This document shows, piece after piece, positions 19,618-29,720 of a stretch of DNA of 64,000 nt. Under the pieces are notes generated by a model. It had not been told where the DNA came from and searched no databases. It saw only the letters and a program-made list of their open reading frames with translations. Source of the stretch: Escherichia coli (GTDB lineage: Bacteria > Pseudomonadota > Gammaproteobacteria > Enterobacterales > Enterobacteriaceae); assembly GCF_003790525.1 (NCBI RefSeq), contig NZ_CP033636.1, one strand, 5' to 3'. A program made the translations under genes and the position numbers. How positions within the stretch are numbered: the first letter of the stretch is position 1; every line of letters begins with the position of its first letter.

Positions 19618-20658
19618 ATGAGACGCCTTCCCGTGTTTTTTGTCCTGGACTGTTCAGAGTCCATGATTGGTGAAAACCTGAAAAAAATGACTGATGGTCT
19701 GCAAATGATCATCGGAGATTTAAGAAAGGATCCACACGCACTTGAAACAGCCTGGGTTTCGGTAATCGCATTTGCCGGTGTAGCCCGTACGATTGTACCT
19801 CTTCACGAAATTGCCTCGTTCTACCCTCCCCGCCTTCCCGTTGGCGGCGGTACGAGCCTTGGGGCCGCATTGCGTGAGCTGACCGTACAAATTGATACCC
19901 AGGTCAGAAAAACCACTCATGAGGCTAAAGGCGACTGGAAACCCGTCGTGTATCTCCTTACCGACGGACGTCCGACTGACGACACAACCGCAGAAGTGAA
20001 GCGCTGGAAGGATCACTACGCGAGTAAAGTGAATCTCATTGCCGTTGGCCTGGGGCCGTCAGCGGACCTGAATACCCTGCGGCAACTGACAGAGAATGTC
20101 ATGCTGTTCACCGAGTCTCAGGAAGGGGACTTTACCCGCTTCATCAAATGGATCACAGCCTCGGTTACGGCGCACAGCCGCAGCGTCGGAGACGACAAAC
20201 AACCTGAGCTCAGCCAGACTGAATACATAGTCCGGCTGGCCAAGGACGAGCCAGTAAAAGCGTACGACGAAAACTGCGTTACGCTTACCGGCCGTTGCAG
20301 CAAGACCCGTCGTCCGTATCTGATGAAGTATGAACGGCCACCAGCAAGGATTTCCGGGCTCGATTTCAGCCTGAACCTGAACAGCTTTAATATTGCCGGA
20401 TGCTATCCCATCGATGAAGACTATTTTGCATGGTCAGATGCCACCGCTACCGGTTTGCAGGTAAACACCAGCGAACTGCATGGCGTACCGGGTTGCCCTC
20501 ACTGCGGTAATGCCAGTGCGTTTGCCCTGTGCTCATGCGGAAAATTGCTGTGCATTGACGGCCCGGATGACGTGATCTGCCCGTGGTGTGAAACAGGTCT
20601 GTCATTCAGCAATGATGGCGGAAACACTAACTTCGACGTAAACAGAGGGAGAGGTTGA
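19618..20658 (+). CDS. terY: TerY-like vWA protein with C-terminal cysteine-rich zinc-ribbon-like domain
   Basis: 346 aa from ATG 19618; MRRLPVFFVLDCSESM...LLTDGRPTDD; C-terminal CPHCGN...CSCGKLLC...CPWCE; the track ORF from 19414 is an in-frame upstream extension across the hairpin. Confidence 0.7.
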   Translation: MRRLPVFFVLDCSESMIGENLKKMTDGLQMIIGDLRKDPHALETAWVSVIAFAGVARTIVPLHEIASFYPPRLPVGGGTSLGAALRELTVQIDTQVRKTTHEAKGDWKPVVYLLTDGRPTDDTTAEVKRWKDHYASKVNLIAVGLGPSADLNTLRQLTENVMLFTESQEGDFTRFIKWITASVTAHSRSVGDDKQPELSQTEYIVRLAKDEPVKAYDENCVTLTGRCSKTRRPYLMKYERPPARISGLDFSLNLNSFNIAGCYPIDEDYFAWSDATATGLQVNTSELHGVPGCPHCGNASAFALCSCGKLLCIDGPDDVICPWCETGLSFSNDGGNTNFDVNRGRG

Positions 20659-22295
20659 TGTCGCAAAATGTTTTACTTGAAGAGAAGATTATCCGCTTAG
20701 TGCTGTCTGAGCTGGGCCACCCTGTAGAAGGTGAGCGGCTTTTTCTTCTATCGCACGACCCTTCCCTTACTGAAGAGATTATGCGGCTTAAAGAGCGGAT
20801 TGAGAGCCTTGCACAGGGTTTATCTGCGCGGGTTAGCGAAGGTTATAACGACGCAGAGATCGCCCCCTCGTCAGCATCCAGCCTTTCCGATCAGCAACAA
20901 ACGGTCGTAAGTGATGCTGATAACCCGGGCATTGACGCTACCGATACACCATTACTGCAACCCCTGCCAGAAAATGAACCTCATCCTCCGTTCTGGAAGC
21001 TGATGCCTTATTACGAATTTGATAAACCAGCACAGAGGGAAGACGAAAACCTGTCTTCCCTGGTATTAAAACCCGGGCAGATACCGACAGGCCAGCAGCG
21101 GGCCGGATTAGCTGTGCCACCTGCCGTTCCCCCGAGAGCTAAAATAGTTATTCCCAACGCCCGCGCAGGCGAACGTTTCTCTTCGCCGGTTGCTATAGTT
21201 CTGGATGAGGGCCAGCAGGCTACTGTCAGGGACGTTGTCTTTCCCAGGAACATTGGCCTGACCTTTGACAAAGAGCATAAGTTGCTGACAGGTACACCCA
21301 CCGAAAGCGGCGATATAGAGCTTTCAGTACTCTGGTCATGCGCTTCGCACGACGAATGCGAAACAAAACAGCTTTTTATAGTCAATCCCGATCCGAGAAG
21401 CCTGTGGAAGGTGGTAGAGCCACCAGCAGACGCTTCCTACCCTAAGTCCCATCTGGACGCTGCTGGCCTGGTCAGGGGTGACATACGTATTGCTGCCGCC
21501 AGTCGCCGGGGACGATCTCATGAGCATGCCGGGAGCTTCAGAGATGACGACTTCTATATCAACCACTGCCAGGAAACAGGATGGTCTGTCATGCTGGTCG
21601 CAGACGGGGCCGGTAGTGCGGTAAATTCCCGGGAAGGCTCCCGGATTGCAGTCCAAACGGCTGGCGATTACCTTTTCAATCAGCTCAGTGGTTTGAAAGG
21701 CGTCCATCTAAAGCAGCACATCACGGCGTGGGAAGGGAGCGATCAGCAGGCAACCATAAACGCCATGCTTCATCATTTTAAACAGGCAGCTACGCTCGCG
21801 GTCAACAGTATCCAGAACGAAGCCATTTGTGCAGAACAACCTGTGAAATCCTATTCAACAACCCTACTGGCAACTGTAGCGCTACGAACTGATAACGAGC
21901 TGTTTGCGGCTGCATTCTGGCTTGGTGATGGTGCGATAGGTGCATACAGCCCTTCCGGTAAAGTCAGGATACTGGGAAATCCCGATAGCGGAGAATACGC
22001 AGGACAAACCCGCTTTCTTGACCAGAGCATTATCGCAGACCCCTCGTTTAGCGGCCGCATCAGCGTGGGTAAATGGAATGATGTATCTCACTTGATCCTC
22101 ATGACAGATGGCGTATCAGACCCTCTGTTTGAGACAGATAACGGGCTTCGCAGTGACGAAAAATGGACCCGTCTCCTTGATGAGCTCATCCCTGTCCTTA
22201 CAGACGCCAGTATTGCGCCTGAGAGGTTAGGCGACTGGCTTAACTTTTTCTCCACAGGGAACCACGATGACCGCACTATTGCGGTGTTGTGGTAA
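20655..22295 (+). CDS. PP2C-family Ser/Thr protein phosphatase (ter-associated)
   Basis: 546 aa; PP2C-like motifs (RGRSHEHAGSFRDDDF, LVADGAGS, LMTDGVSD); GGGAGAGG SD; ATGA overlap with the upstream stop. Confidence 0.75.
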   Translation: MMSQNVLLEEKIIRLVLSELGHPVEGERLFLLSHDPSLTEEIMRLKERIESLAQGLSARVSEGYNDAEIAPSSASSLSDQQQTVVSDADNPGIDATDTPLLQPLPENEPHPPFWKLMPYYEFDKPAQREDENLSSLVLKPGQIPTGQQRAGLAVPPAVPPRAKIVIPNARAGERFSSPVAIVLDEGQQATVRDVVFPRNIGLTFDKEHKLLTGTPTESGDIELSVLWSCASHDECETKQLFIVNPDPRSLWKVVEPPADASYPKSHLDAAGLVRGDIRIAAASRRGRSHEHAGSFRDDDFYINHCQETGWSVMLVADGAGSAVNSREGSRIAVQTAGDYLFNQLSGLKGVHLKQHITAWEGSDQQATINAMLHHFKQAATLAVNSIQNEAICAEQPVKSYSTTLLATVALRTDNELFAAAFWLGDGAIGAYSPSGKVRILGNPDSGEYAGQTRFLDQSIIADPSFSGRISVGKWNDVSHLILMTDGVSDPLFETDNGLRSDEKWTRLLDELIPVLTDASIAPERLGDWLNFFSTGNHDDRTIAVLW

Positions 22296-22320
22296 GGGAT
22301 ACGCTTCTTCGGTGATCAAT

Positions 22321-23820
22321 ATGGCAAATATTGTTACGTGCAAAACAAAGGACGGCGAAACAGTCCAGTATGTTGACGAGGTAATTGGTTCGGGCTCGAT
22401 GAAGGATGTTTACTTCTCGCCTGATAAATCATACGTCGTCGCTTTTTATCATAAACCGCAGAACGAGCAGGCCCGGGATCGGATTGATATGATCACCGGA
22501 CGCTACAGGCAAAACATTTTTGGCCAGTCCGGAGGTGAATACTGGAAGGACCTGTTTTGCTGGCCGACCCACGTTGTTGAGCATGGGGATAAAATCGGCA
22601 TCGTGGTTCCAACCTACAAAAGCTACTTTTTCTTTAAATACGGCTCTAAAAACGATGATTTTCTTGGCATAAAAGGCCGTGAAAAGGAAGGCAAATGGTT
22701 TGCCAGCGCCAGCAACCAGAATAAATTTCTCGACCCACGTGAACGAGGCAATACGCTTACCTATCTCAAGGTCTGTCTGCTGCTAACAAGAGCCGTCAGA
22801 AGGATGCATGCGGCAGGTCTCTGTCACAGCGATCTAAGCTATAAAAACGTGCTTATCGATCCAGAAATGGGACATGCCTGCATCATTGACGTAGACGGCC
22901 TGGTTGTCCCTGGAAAGTATCCTCCCGACGTCGTGGGCACCCCGGATTTTATCGCTCCGGAAGTGGTGAAAACCAGCCATCTTTCCAAAGAGGATCCGAA
23001 CCGCGTATTGCCAAGCATTTCTACTGACCGTCATGCGCTGTCGGTGCTTATCTACATGTATCTGTTCTTCCGTCATCCGCTACGTGGCGGAAAAATACAT
23101 GACATGTCGGATGAAGTACGTGATGAGACCTTATCTATGGGTGAGAAGGCACTCTTCATTGAACATCCGACAGACAAAAGCAATGCAGTCAAAGTCAGTC
23201 AGCTATCCTCCTTTTCACTGCCCTGGGCTGACCCGGAGAAAATTCCTTACACCATCATGGGCCCTTATTTGACGCCTTTGTTTGAACGCGCCTTTATTGA
23301 TGGCTTACACGATGCCAATAAACGCCCGACCGCCGATGAGTGGGAAAGTGCCCTGGTTAAAACAGTCGATCTGATACAGCCCTGCCAGAACAAGGCGTGT
23401 GAACAGAAATGGTACGTTTTCTCAGGTAAGACAAAGCCGGTTTGTCCCTACTGCGGTACGCCATACAAGGGTAAATTACCGGTTCTAAATTTATATTCAT
23501 CCCGAAAGGAAGGCAGTTATCGTCCTGACGACCACCGGTTGATGGTGTGGAGCGGGCAGTCAATCTATGCGTGGCATGTGAATCGCCTCATTGCGCCAAA
23601 TGAGCGCACAACCGATGCACAAAGGAAACGAGTTGGGTATTTTGTTTTCCATAACGATCAGTGGTGGTTAGTAAATGAAGGCATAAATGGGCTTATGTCA
23701 TTACCGGATAAACGACAGATTGCCATTGGGGAAAAAATTGAACTGACGAATAACGCTCAGTTTGTTCTGTCAAAGGAGGAAGGCGGCAGGCTGGTCGTCG
23801 TTCAGTTAGTTGAAAACTAA
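22321..23820 (+). CDS. Ser/Thr protein kinase with C-terminal zinc-ribbon (ter-associated)
   Basis: Kinase catalytic-loop-like HSDLSYKNVLID and IIDVDG; C-terminal CQNKACEQ...CPYCG; start taken at ATG 22321, track ORF starts at 22267. Confidence 0.7.
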   Translation: MANIVTCKTKDGETVQYVDEVIGSGSMKDVYFSPDKSYVVAFYHKPQNEQARDRIDMITGRYRQNIFGQSGGEYWKDLFCWPTHVVEHGDKIGIVVPTYKSYFFFKYGSKNDDFLGIKGREKEGKWFASASNQNKFLDPRERGNTLTYLKVCLLLTRAVRRMHAAGLCHSDLSYKNVLIDPEMGHACIIDVDGLVVPGKYPPDVVGTPDFIAPEVVKTSHLSKEDPNRVLPSISTDRHALSVLIYMYLFFRHPLRGGKIHDMSDEVRDETLSMGEKALFIEHPTDKSNAVKVSQLSSFSLPWADPEKIPYTIMGPYLTPLFERAFIDGLHDANKRPTADEWESALVKTVDLIQPCQNKACEQKWYVFSGKTKPVCPYCGTPYKGKLPVLNLYSSRKEGSYRPDDHRLMVWSGQSIYAWHVNRLIAPNERTTDAQRKRVGYFVFHNDQWWLVNEGINGLMSLPDKRQIAIGEKIELTNNAQFVLSKEEGGRLVVVQLVEN

Positions 23821-23986
23821 CGGACGCCCATTACGACTAAAACGTTCTGGCAGCATACTGAACCTGTTTAATGAATCACTATATTAAGCAGTGTCAAATT
23901 TAAGCTGCCAGAAAAAACTGACTGTCTGTGCCGGATATGCGGTACACCGCCTGCGGCAAGGGTTTAATGCGCAAAGCCCAAGTTAT

Positions 23987-25069
23987 TTATAAAAGTGAAT
24001 AATTTTGTGACTCTACCCTGCCGCTCTTCTTTCCAGTGTCATGGTTTTTAACATCTGAAATACTGACATTGTTAAGCCGGTGATTGTAAAAGGCGATGCG
24101 GACAATCTCATGAAGATATTCAAGTTCGTTTTGTGTCAAGGACTGGCCTTCCTGGGTTTTTGAAATCATTTCCTGCCAGCAGATCAGTCTTTCGTAACTG
24201 ACATGTTCGCTGTTTTCCAGGCAGTGCAACCTGAAATAGCGAAGGAACAAAGGAAATTCATCGGTCTGAGCGATGTCATAAGCCCGAACCGTTAACCGAC
24301 ACAGACATACAATCGTATCCTGCTGTAACCTGACTAGCGCGTTATGACTGCCCGGAAGGATATCAGGCAATTTCATCTTACAGTCAGCAAGGCGCTGAAG
24401 AAGAGGCCCTTCCTCTGAAGGCTCCCGTCCCCGATACTCCTGAAGAGGTTCAGATTCAAGTTCATGCATTAATGGATGATATAGCCATTCCCGGGAACTG
24501 GTCTCATCAATGATCAGGCTTTCAATGCACTCACTGTATGTTGTTTTACGTCGCCCGAGCTGCACCTGACTGATTTCATATTCAATATCAGGAAGATCGA
24601 TACGCAATGCGGCAACTCTTTCGGAAGGATGAAGATGGTCAAAGGTTAACTTCTCTGAAATGCTGCGATCCCTGTCCAGAAAGACGGCCACACATAAATC
24701 ATTAACCTTTACGAACAGATCAGCTGTGCCTCCGAACATACTGCCGCTTCCACTAACCTCATTCAGTGAAACCGGCCCACCATCGTCGCCAGCGAGAAGA
24801 TTTGGGAAACCAAGAACCTGGTGCTCGTTGATGACTTCAATAATCTTTCCCCGGATGGCTTCCATCAGACCATCACAGTCACCGGCTACAGCTGTACTGT
24901 GTGAGAAATGCCAAAGCTTGACCTCCCCCTGCTTTGCTAACAGATCAGTTTTGCAAGCGGGGCAGATGCAGTTACAGTCAATACCCCGGCTGACCTCTGT
25001 AATATCTAAAAAGAGTCCTGATTCTCGCTGGAGTCCAAATGGAATACCAAATGTATAACTCTTACGCAT
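23987..25069 (-). CDS. hypothetical protein with CoiA-like N-terminal zinc-finger motif (possible nuclease-related)
   Basis: Motif CNCICPACKTDLLAKQGEVKLWHFSH resembles the N-terminal motif of CoiA-like proteins; start ambiguous (TTG 25099 or ATG 25069). Confidence 0.4.
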   Translation of the reverse strand: MRKSYTFGIPFGLQRESGLFLDITEVSRGIDCNCICPACKTDLLAKQGEVKLWHFSHSTAVAGDCDGLMEAIRGKIIEVINEHQVLGFPNLLAGDDGGPVSLNEVSGSGSMFGGTADLFVKVNDLCVAVFLDRDRSISEKLTFDHLHPSERVAALRIDLPDIEYEISQVQLGRRKTTYSECIESLIIDETSSREWLYHPLMHELESEPLQEYRGREPSEEGPLLQRLADCKMKLPDILPGSHNALVRLQQDTIVCLCRLTVRAYDIAQTDEFPLFLRYFRLHCLENSEHVSYERLICWQEMISKTQEGQSLTQNELEYLHEIVRIAFYNHRLNNVSISDVKNHDTGKKSGRVESQNYSLL

Positions 25070-25228
25070 GGCTGCACCCCGTTTTTGATAATGATTCAAA
25101 CTATATCCGAAATAACGGAGGAGGATTTCTGTAAAACGTATTAAAAGAAATGATTTTTCCGTCTTCCAGATTAATGTTTGACAAAAATCAAATGAGAGCC
25201 TTACAAATATTGAGAGAGAAGTTTAGGT

Positions 25229-25239
25229 AAAGTAACTTT
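25229..25239. repeat. AAAGTWACTTT palindrome copy 3 (intergenic)
   Basis: Exact match ggtAAAGTAACTTTTatc. Confidence 0.9.
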
Positions 25240-25429
25240 TATCACTTCTAATAAAATGAAGGAGAATATCGGATGTATTTAGCAGTGGGCTTGGCTTATG
25301 ATTAAAGTTTTTCTCCGAACTTAATAAACAACTTTAAAAGACAGGCTATTACAATGCCTTTAGCCCCGAAAGGGGCATAAACTATTTTCAAATCTAGGCA
25401 CAGTCTTTTTGTTGTGCCAATATTAATAA

Positions 25430-25648
25430 TTACTCGCGAACAAAGGTCCACACACTCGCAGGAACTTTGTCATATAACTTTTTCATTGTCAGTTCGGCTT
25501 TACGATGATCATAAGCACCAGAAATTTCAAGAGAGGCGACACCCGAGTTTTTTTCACATAACCTTTCAAATACTTTTTCGAGCGTTTCGAACGAACTACA
25601 CTTACGGAATTTCATTAAATAAGACTGCTTTGTGTCAGACATAATCAA
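25430..25648 (-). CDS. hypothetical small protein (72 aa), divergent from the recombinase gene
   Basis: ORF from track; no motif recognised. Confidence 0.35.
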   Translation of the reverse strand: MIMSDTKQSYLMKFRKCSSFETLEKVFERLCEKNSGVASLEISGAYDHRKAELTMKKLYDKVPASVWTFVRE

Positions 25649-25803
25649 CCTTCTTTAGACAGGCCTCAACTGGCCAGGGATAATCTTAATATCATTTTTC
25701 ACTTAAGCCTAACGATTTCACAACCTTTTTCGTTGTTTCCACCCTGTTCATAACCAGGTACATGAGTGCTAAAATGACCTGTAATTAAAACCAGTGTATC
25801 CCG

Positions 25804-26988
25804 GTGAGCAGGATGAAGAATCAATCAGTGATCAGACAGTTTTCGGAAAGCGAATTGCATCAGCAGCTGGAAACGTTCGGCAACCATGATAAACAGCTTT
25901 CACGCTTGATCCGTTACTTTTCCCATCTGAGATACAACACTGCTAAAACCTATCTGCACTGGCTACGAGTATGGAACGAATGGTATCTGGCGAATGCCCG
26001 GTTGCATACAGACTGGCCAGTAAGTTCGCTCCCCGTGTCTGAGGACGCTCTGCTTGCGTTTATGGGGCATCTTGAAGGCAAATTGTCACGAAGCAGCATA
26101 AACAGCTGTCTTCAGGCCTTAAATAGTATCCATAAAAAAGGGCTTAACCTGCCCGGGATTATTACGTCTGAAGCATGGTACATGCTGGAAGCCTTAAAAC
26201 AATCGGAAGCCCGGAAGCGAAAGACGACTAAACAGGCAACTCCCTTTCTTATTGGCGATCTCAAGGCTCTGATAAAGTTACGCAGTACTACAAACTCAGT
26301 TCGTAAACTTCGTGACCTGTGCCTGATCTGGACAGGCTTTGAAACACTGCTCCGTTCATCCGAAATTCGACGTATACGTCTGAAAGATCTGTCTCTGGAT
26401 AGTATGACCGGTGAATTTAACCTGACGGTATACCGTACAAAAACGAACATTAGTACACTTCTTACCTACCGGCTGACACGTCAGTTAACTAACTGCCTCT
26501 TGAGATTGATGAACCTCGTGAAAATGGATCAGCACAGTCATCCGGATGAATTCCTTTTCCAGGCCGTAAATTTCCATGATACAGGCTATATGCCACCCGG
26601 CTGGAAGCTTCGGAGTAAGGGGAATGAGCTATCTGAACTTCTTAAAAGGCATAACCTACCCTATCGTGCTAAGCAAAGTCTTCTGAACGATGAAGATGAA
26701 GAAGACACTGTGGACGATGCCGGTATGCTCAGCAAAAATTCCCTTTTACGAGCATTTAAAGAGATGTGGAATGAGCTTTATCCAAATGAGACTAAAACTC
26801 GTTACTGGACAGGGCACAGCGTTCGTGTAGGCGGAGCGATACAGCTAAATATTGAAGGTTACTCGCTACCACAGATTATGGAAATGGGGAACTGGTCGAA
26901 TGAAGAAATGGTTATGCGCTACATTCGTAATATTGAAGCTGGTAAAAAAGCAATGATCAAGCTTATGCGAAATGCCTTTGATGAATAG
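25804..26988 (+). CDS. Tyrosine site-specific recombinase (phage-integrase family)
   Basis: 394 aa; C-terminal catalytic-region pattern HSVRVGGA...GNWSNEEMVMRYIRN (His-x-x-Arg, terminal Tyr) and upstream Arg block LRSSEIRRIRLKDL; alternative ATG at 25813. Confidence 0.75.
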   Translation: MSRMKNQSVIRQFSESELHQQLETFGNHDKQLSRLIRYFSHLRYNTAKTYLHWLRVWNEWYLANARLHTDWPVSSLPVSEDALLAFMGHLEGKLSRSSINSCLQALNSIHKKGLNLPGIITSEAWYMLEALKQSEARKRKTTKQATPFLIGDLKALIKLRSTTNSVRKLRDLCLIWTGFETLLRSSEIRRIRLKDLSLDSMTGEFNLTVYRTKTNISTLLTYRLTRQLTNCLLRLMNLVKMDQHSHPDEFLFQAVNFHDTGYMPPGWKLRSKGNELSELLKRHNLPYRAKQSLLNDEDEEDTVDDAGMLSKNSLLRAFKEMWNELYPNETKTRYWTGHSVRVGGAIQLNIEGYSLPQIMEMGNWSNEEMVMRYIRNIEAGKKAMIKLMRNAFDE

Positions 26989-27018
26989 CGCCCTCACGGG
27001 CGCATAACTTTATTTTTT
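26988..27018 (+). terminator. Probable terminator after the recombinase gene
   Basis: GCGCCC-TCAC-GGGCGC hairpin at the stop codon, T-run 27011-27018. Confidence 0.45.
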
Positions 27019-27354
27019 CTTGAACGGGTTAAGTCTGGTGAGATTAGAGAGTGCCCCTCCCGGAGGCAAAATTCCCGTTCTTTTATATTTGTACACGCCA
27101 TTTAATTTCATTGTCTGGATTCCAAGATTAATAAGCGTGACAAGTTTAAGGGTATACAGAAGTGTAAATTGTGGAGCAACCTGAATAAAAACCAATAACA
27201 AGCCTGCACACATTACACGTAGCCATGCCGCGTACTCCATGCTCAGCGGACGCTTGAAATAGAATCTTTCGAGCAAATCAACTGTCTTATTACTGATCCA
27301 CGCCGCCGCCACGGAGAGTAACAACACGATGCACACCATAATGCCCAGTTCCAT
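27010..27354 (-). CDS. hypothetical membrane protein
   Basis: Hydrophobic N-terminus (GIMVCIVLLLSVAAAW) and second helix; GAGAAGGGA SD. Confidence 0.4.
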   Translation of the reverse strand: MELGIMVCIVLLLSVAAAWISNKTVDLLERFYFKRPLSMEYAAWLRVMCAGLLLVFIQVAPQFTLLYTLKLVTLINLGIQTMKLNGVYKYKRTGILPPGGALSNLTRLNPFKKK

Positions 27355-28195
27355 TTTCACTCCCTTCTCTTTTAGTCTCTTTAAGTTGAGGCTTAGCCAC
27401 AGTAGTTTTGTTTTTTGCTTTTTTCTTAGGTTTGGTATGATGAAACAGAAAACAATCCACCATTACCCAACCATTTTTATATCGAGCCACCAGCATCTTC
27501 TGGCTGGGGTAATGAGCATGAAACAGCATTTTCACGTCCATGGTGCCCATCAACGACTGTTTGCGCTTTAGCTCATCCTCAGCCATCTGAAATTCTTGTA
27601 AGAATTCTGAAGACAGACGCTGACGCAGGATTCTTATGGCACTGGAGTTTTCATCATTCTTTGCCAGATGCCCGAAGCGTACTAGTGCCTTGTGGGTTAT
27701 CTGGATGGGTCCCAGATGAGAGCTGAGCTGTTCGTACTGCCAGAAGTAGGTCAAATCCACCTTAACCCAGCTGATGCTGTCCAGCAGAGCCTCGTTCATG
27801 ATGGTTCCGGACATTGGTACCATTGTCAGCCTGGCCAGACGCATATGTATGTAGTCCGTAAGCAACCTCAGCGACTCAGGAACGTTTTTATTGAGCAGGA
27901 GATGCTGAAGCACCGGGGTTGCGGTCTGCCAACACAGATTGCGCCCGTCAGGCAGGAAAGCAAACTTTTGATCGTCAGGCGCAGAGTTCGAAGCGTTTTC
28001 CTTACGAAGCAAAAAATAATGGCCGCACAGCAGCTCTGCTCTTACCTGGTCCTCGTCAGGGTCATGTCGGGCTTTACTTAGATCAACGGTAAGCACAACG
28101 CGGTTAATCGCATCAGCGTGATATTTTTTTACCCAGACGCAGACACGATAGAGACGCTCATCGATTTTCTGGCTGGCTGTGGAAATCCATTGCAT
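27290..28195 (-). CDS. hypothetical protein (301 aa)
   Basis: ORF from track; lysine-rich C-terminal tail overlaps the next gene by about 65 nt. Confidence 0.45.
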   Translation of the reverse strand: MQWISTASQKIDERLYRVCVWVKKYHADAINRVVLTVDLSKARHDPDEDQVRAELLCGHYFLLRKENASNSAPDDQKFAFLPDGRNLCWQTATPVLQHLLLNKNVPESLRLLTDYIHMRLARLTMVPMSGTIMNEALLDSISWVKVDLTYFWQYEQLSSHLGPIQITHKALVRFGHLAKNDENSSAIRILRQRLSSEFLQEFQMAEDELKRKQSLMGTMDVKMLFHAHYPSQKMLVARYKNGWVMVDCFLFHHTKPKKKAKNKTTVAKPQLKETKREGSENGTGHYGVHRVVTLRGGGVDQ

Positions 28196-28204
28196 TGTTG
28201 TTCC

Positions 28205-29185
28205 TTAATTTTCGGGGCTGACAATGAAAATGCCCAGCTCAGCCCCCGGCACGAGTTCTGTATATTTCAGGCTCAGCTTCCGTTGGTTGGACGGGCCCTG
28301 GCTGTTTTCAGGAGCCCAGTCAGAGAGCGTTTTTAATTGAGGTATGTTGCCTGCTGCGAAAATGGGCAAGGATGCTTTTACTACTGAATAATCAGTCTCA
28401 GCATATTTATTCCCGTTTCGTTCCTGCCCTTCAGGCCTAAATGCAAAAATGTGAGCAATCGGAACAGGGAAAGAGTTAGTTCGACAAAGGCGATAAGATT
28501 CGCCCTGCTTCAGTGGGTGAAATTCAAGACGGTGTAAAGCCTTATCGATATTAGACACGACATTCAAATTGGTAGTTGCTACATTTTTTACTTCTGAGGC
28601 TCTCCTGCGCTCCAACAAACTCACAAGTTGCTCTGCTGTTTTAACTTCCTGGTTTCGGTTTAGCCGCCATGAAAAAGTAACTTTTTTAAGCTGGGACTTG
28701 ATGAAAAGGACATTTCTTGTTGAGTGCATAGCGACAAGGCCCGGGAGCTTCTTGTGCACTTTATCAAAACGGACATTCTTTTTATTATCGATACGCCTCA
28801 TTGCCGCAGCAAAATCATTTTTTGCTTCATTTATAGATGTGATCAAGCTTTCGAGAAGATCTGCTCTTTCTGGGACAATGATAAGACCCGGGTATTTAGT
28901 GGTCACTTTGGTGGAATCATGACTTAATGACTCTATGTCATCCACACAGATGTCAGTAAGTGCCTGAATAATTTCCTCAACCGAAGCATCGTCTTTAACA
29001 CTAACCCTGATGGGTTTAACCTGCTTCAGTCGCTCTTCTGTTCGAGATACGGTGGAGACAGTCATCAGGTTTGCCATCAGCGGGGGGGTGTTCGAAAGAA
29101 AACACTTAAGCGAGTCGATACGTTCCAGAATCTGGTCACGAAAATAGGGCAAATCGTCATAACTCATACGTTTCTCCAGGCTCAT
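28205..29185 (-). CDS. hypothetical protein (326 aa)
   Basis: ORF from track; codirectional tightly packed gene. Confidence 0.45.
   Translation of the reverse strand: MSLEKRMSYDDLPYFRDQILERIDSLKCFLSNTPPLMANLMTVSTVSRTEERLKQVKPIRVSVKDDASVEEIIQALTDICVDDIESLSHDSTKVTTKYPGLIIVPERADLLESLITSINEAKNDFAAAMRRIDNKKNVRFDKVHKKLPGLVAMHSTRNVLFIKSQLKKVTFSWRLNRNQEVKTAEQLVSLLERRRASEVKNVATTNLNVVSNIDKALHRLEFHPLKQGESYRLCRTNSFPVPIAHIFAFRPEGQERNGNKYAETDYSVVKASLPIFAAGNIPQLKTLSDWAPENSQGPSNQRKLSLKYTELVPGAELGIFIVSPEN
28675..28685. repeat. AAAGTWACTTT palindrome copy 4 (inside CDS 28205..29185, encodes K-V-T-F)
   Basis: Exact match tgaAAAAGTAACTTTTTTaag. Confidence 0.9.
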
Positions 29186-29257
29186 GTTATTTCAAATCAA
29201 TTTTGCTGCCCTGGCTGACCTTGCAGAACATAAATGTCATGTAAACCTCTAAAGAAG

Positions 29258-29704
29258 TCATTTTGAAACAGCTTTCACAGCATGCGATTTATGTTCGATA
29301 GGGCTCATGAACAAAGGATGATAATGGAGACGCCATGGATAGTGGATAGTCTTACCCACCTGGGTGATCCGATTGAGGCGAAAACGACCATTTATACAGT
29401 CAACTGACCAAAGCCCGGGAGAAACTAACCTCTTCCAGCGGTAAAAAGAGAAACCTGCAACACAGAGGTCATGCTCCAGGAAATGTTGAGTTTCGACGAC
29501 GCGAACTTTTATCAAAAACCCCAGCATTGGCGAAAACCAGATCAACAACCATGTTGGCGGCAGGATGACTTTGTTCAGGAGATGATCTGTCATAAGCAAG
29601 GCAGATAACATCAGAAAACTGATAGTCAACCACAGGGCCATCCAACCGGCCCATACGCGGCTCTGACAGGGTTTCCATTCGAGAAGAAAAAGTTTTTTAT
29701 GCAT
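29258..29704 (-). CDS. hypothetical membrane protein (148 aa)
   Basis: Two to three hydrophobic helices (WAGWMALWLTISFLMLSALLM, LLIWFSPMLGFLI). Confidence 0.4.
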   Translation of the reverse strand: MHKKLFLLEWKPCQSRVWAGWMALWLTISFLMLSALLMTDHLLNKVILPPTWLLIWFSPMLGFLIKVRVVETQHFLEHDLCVAGFSFYRWKRLVSPGLWSVDCINGRFRLNRITQVGKTIHYPWRLHYHPLFMSPIEHKSHAVKAVSK

Positions 29705-29720
29705 TCTGCCCCGCCTAATT

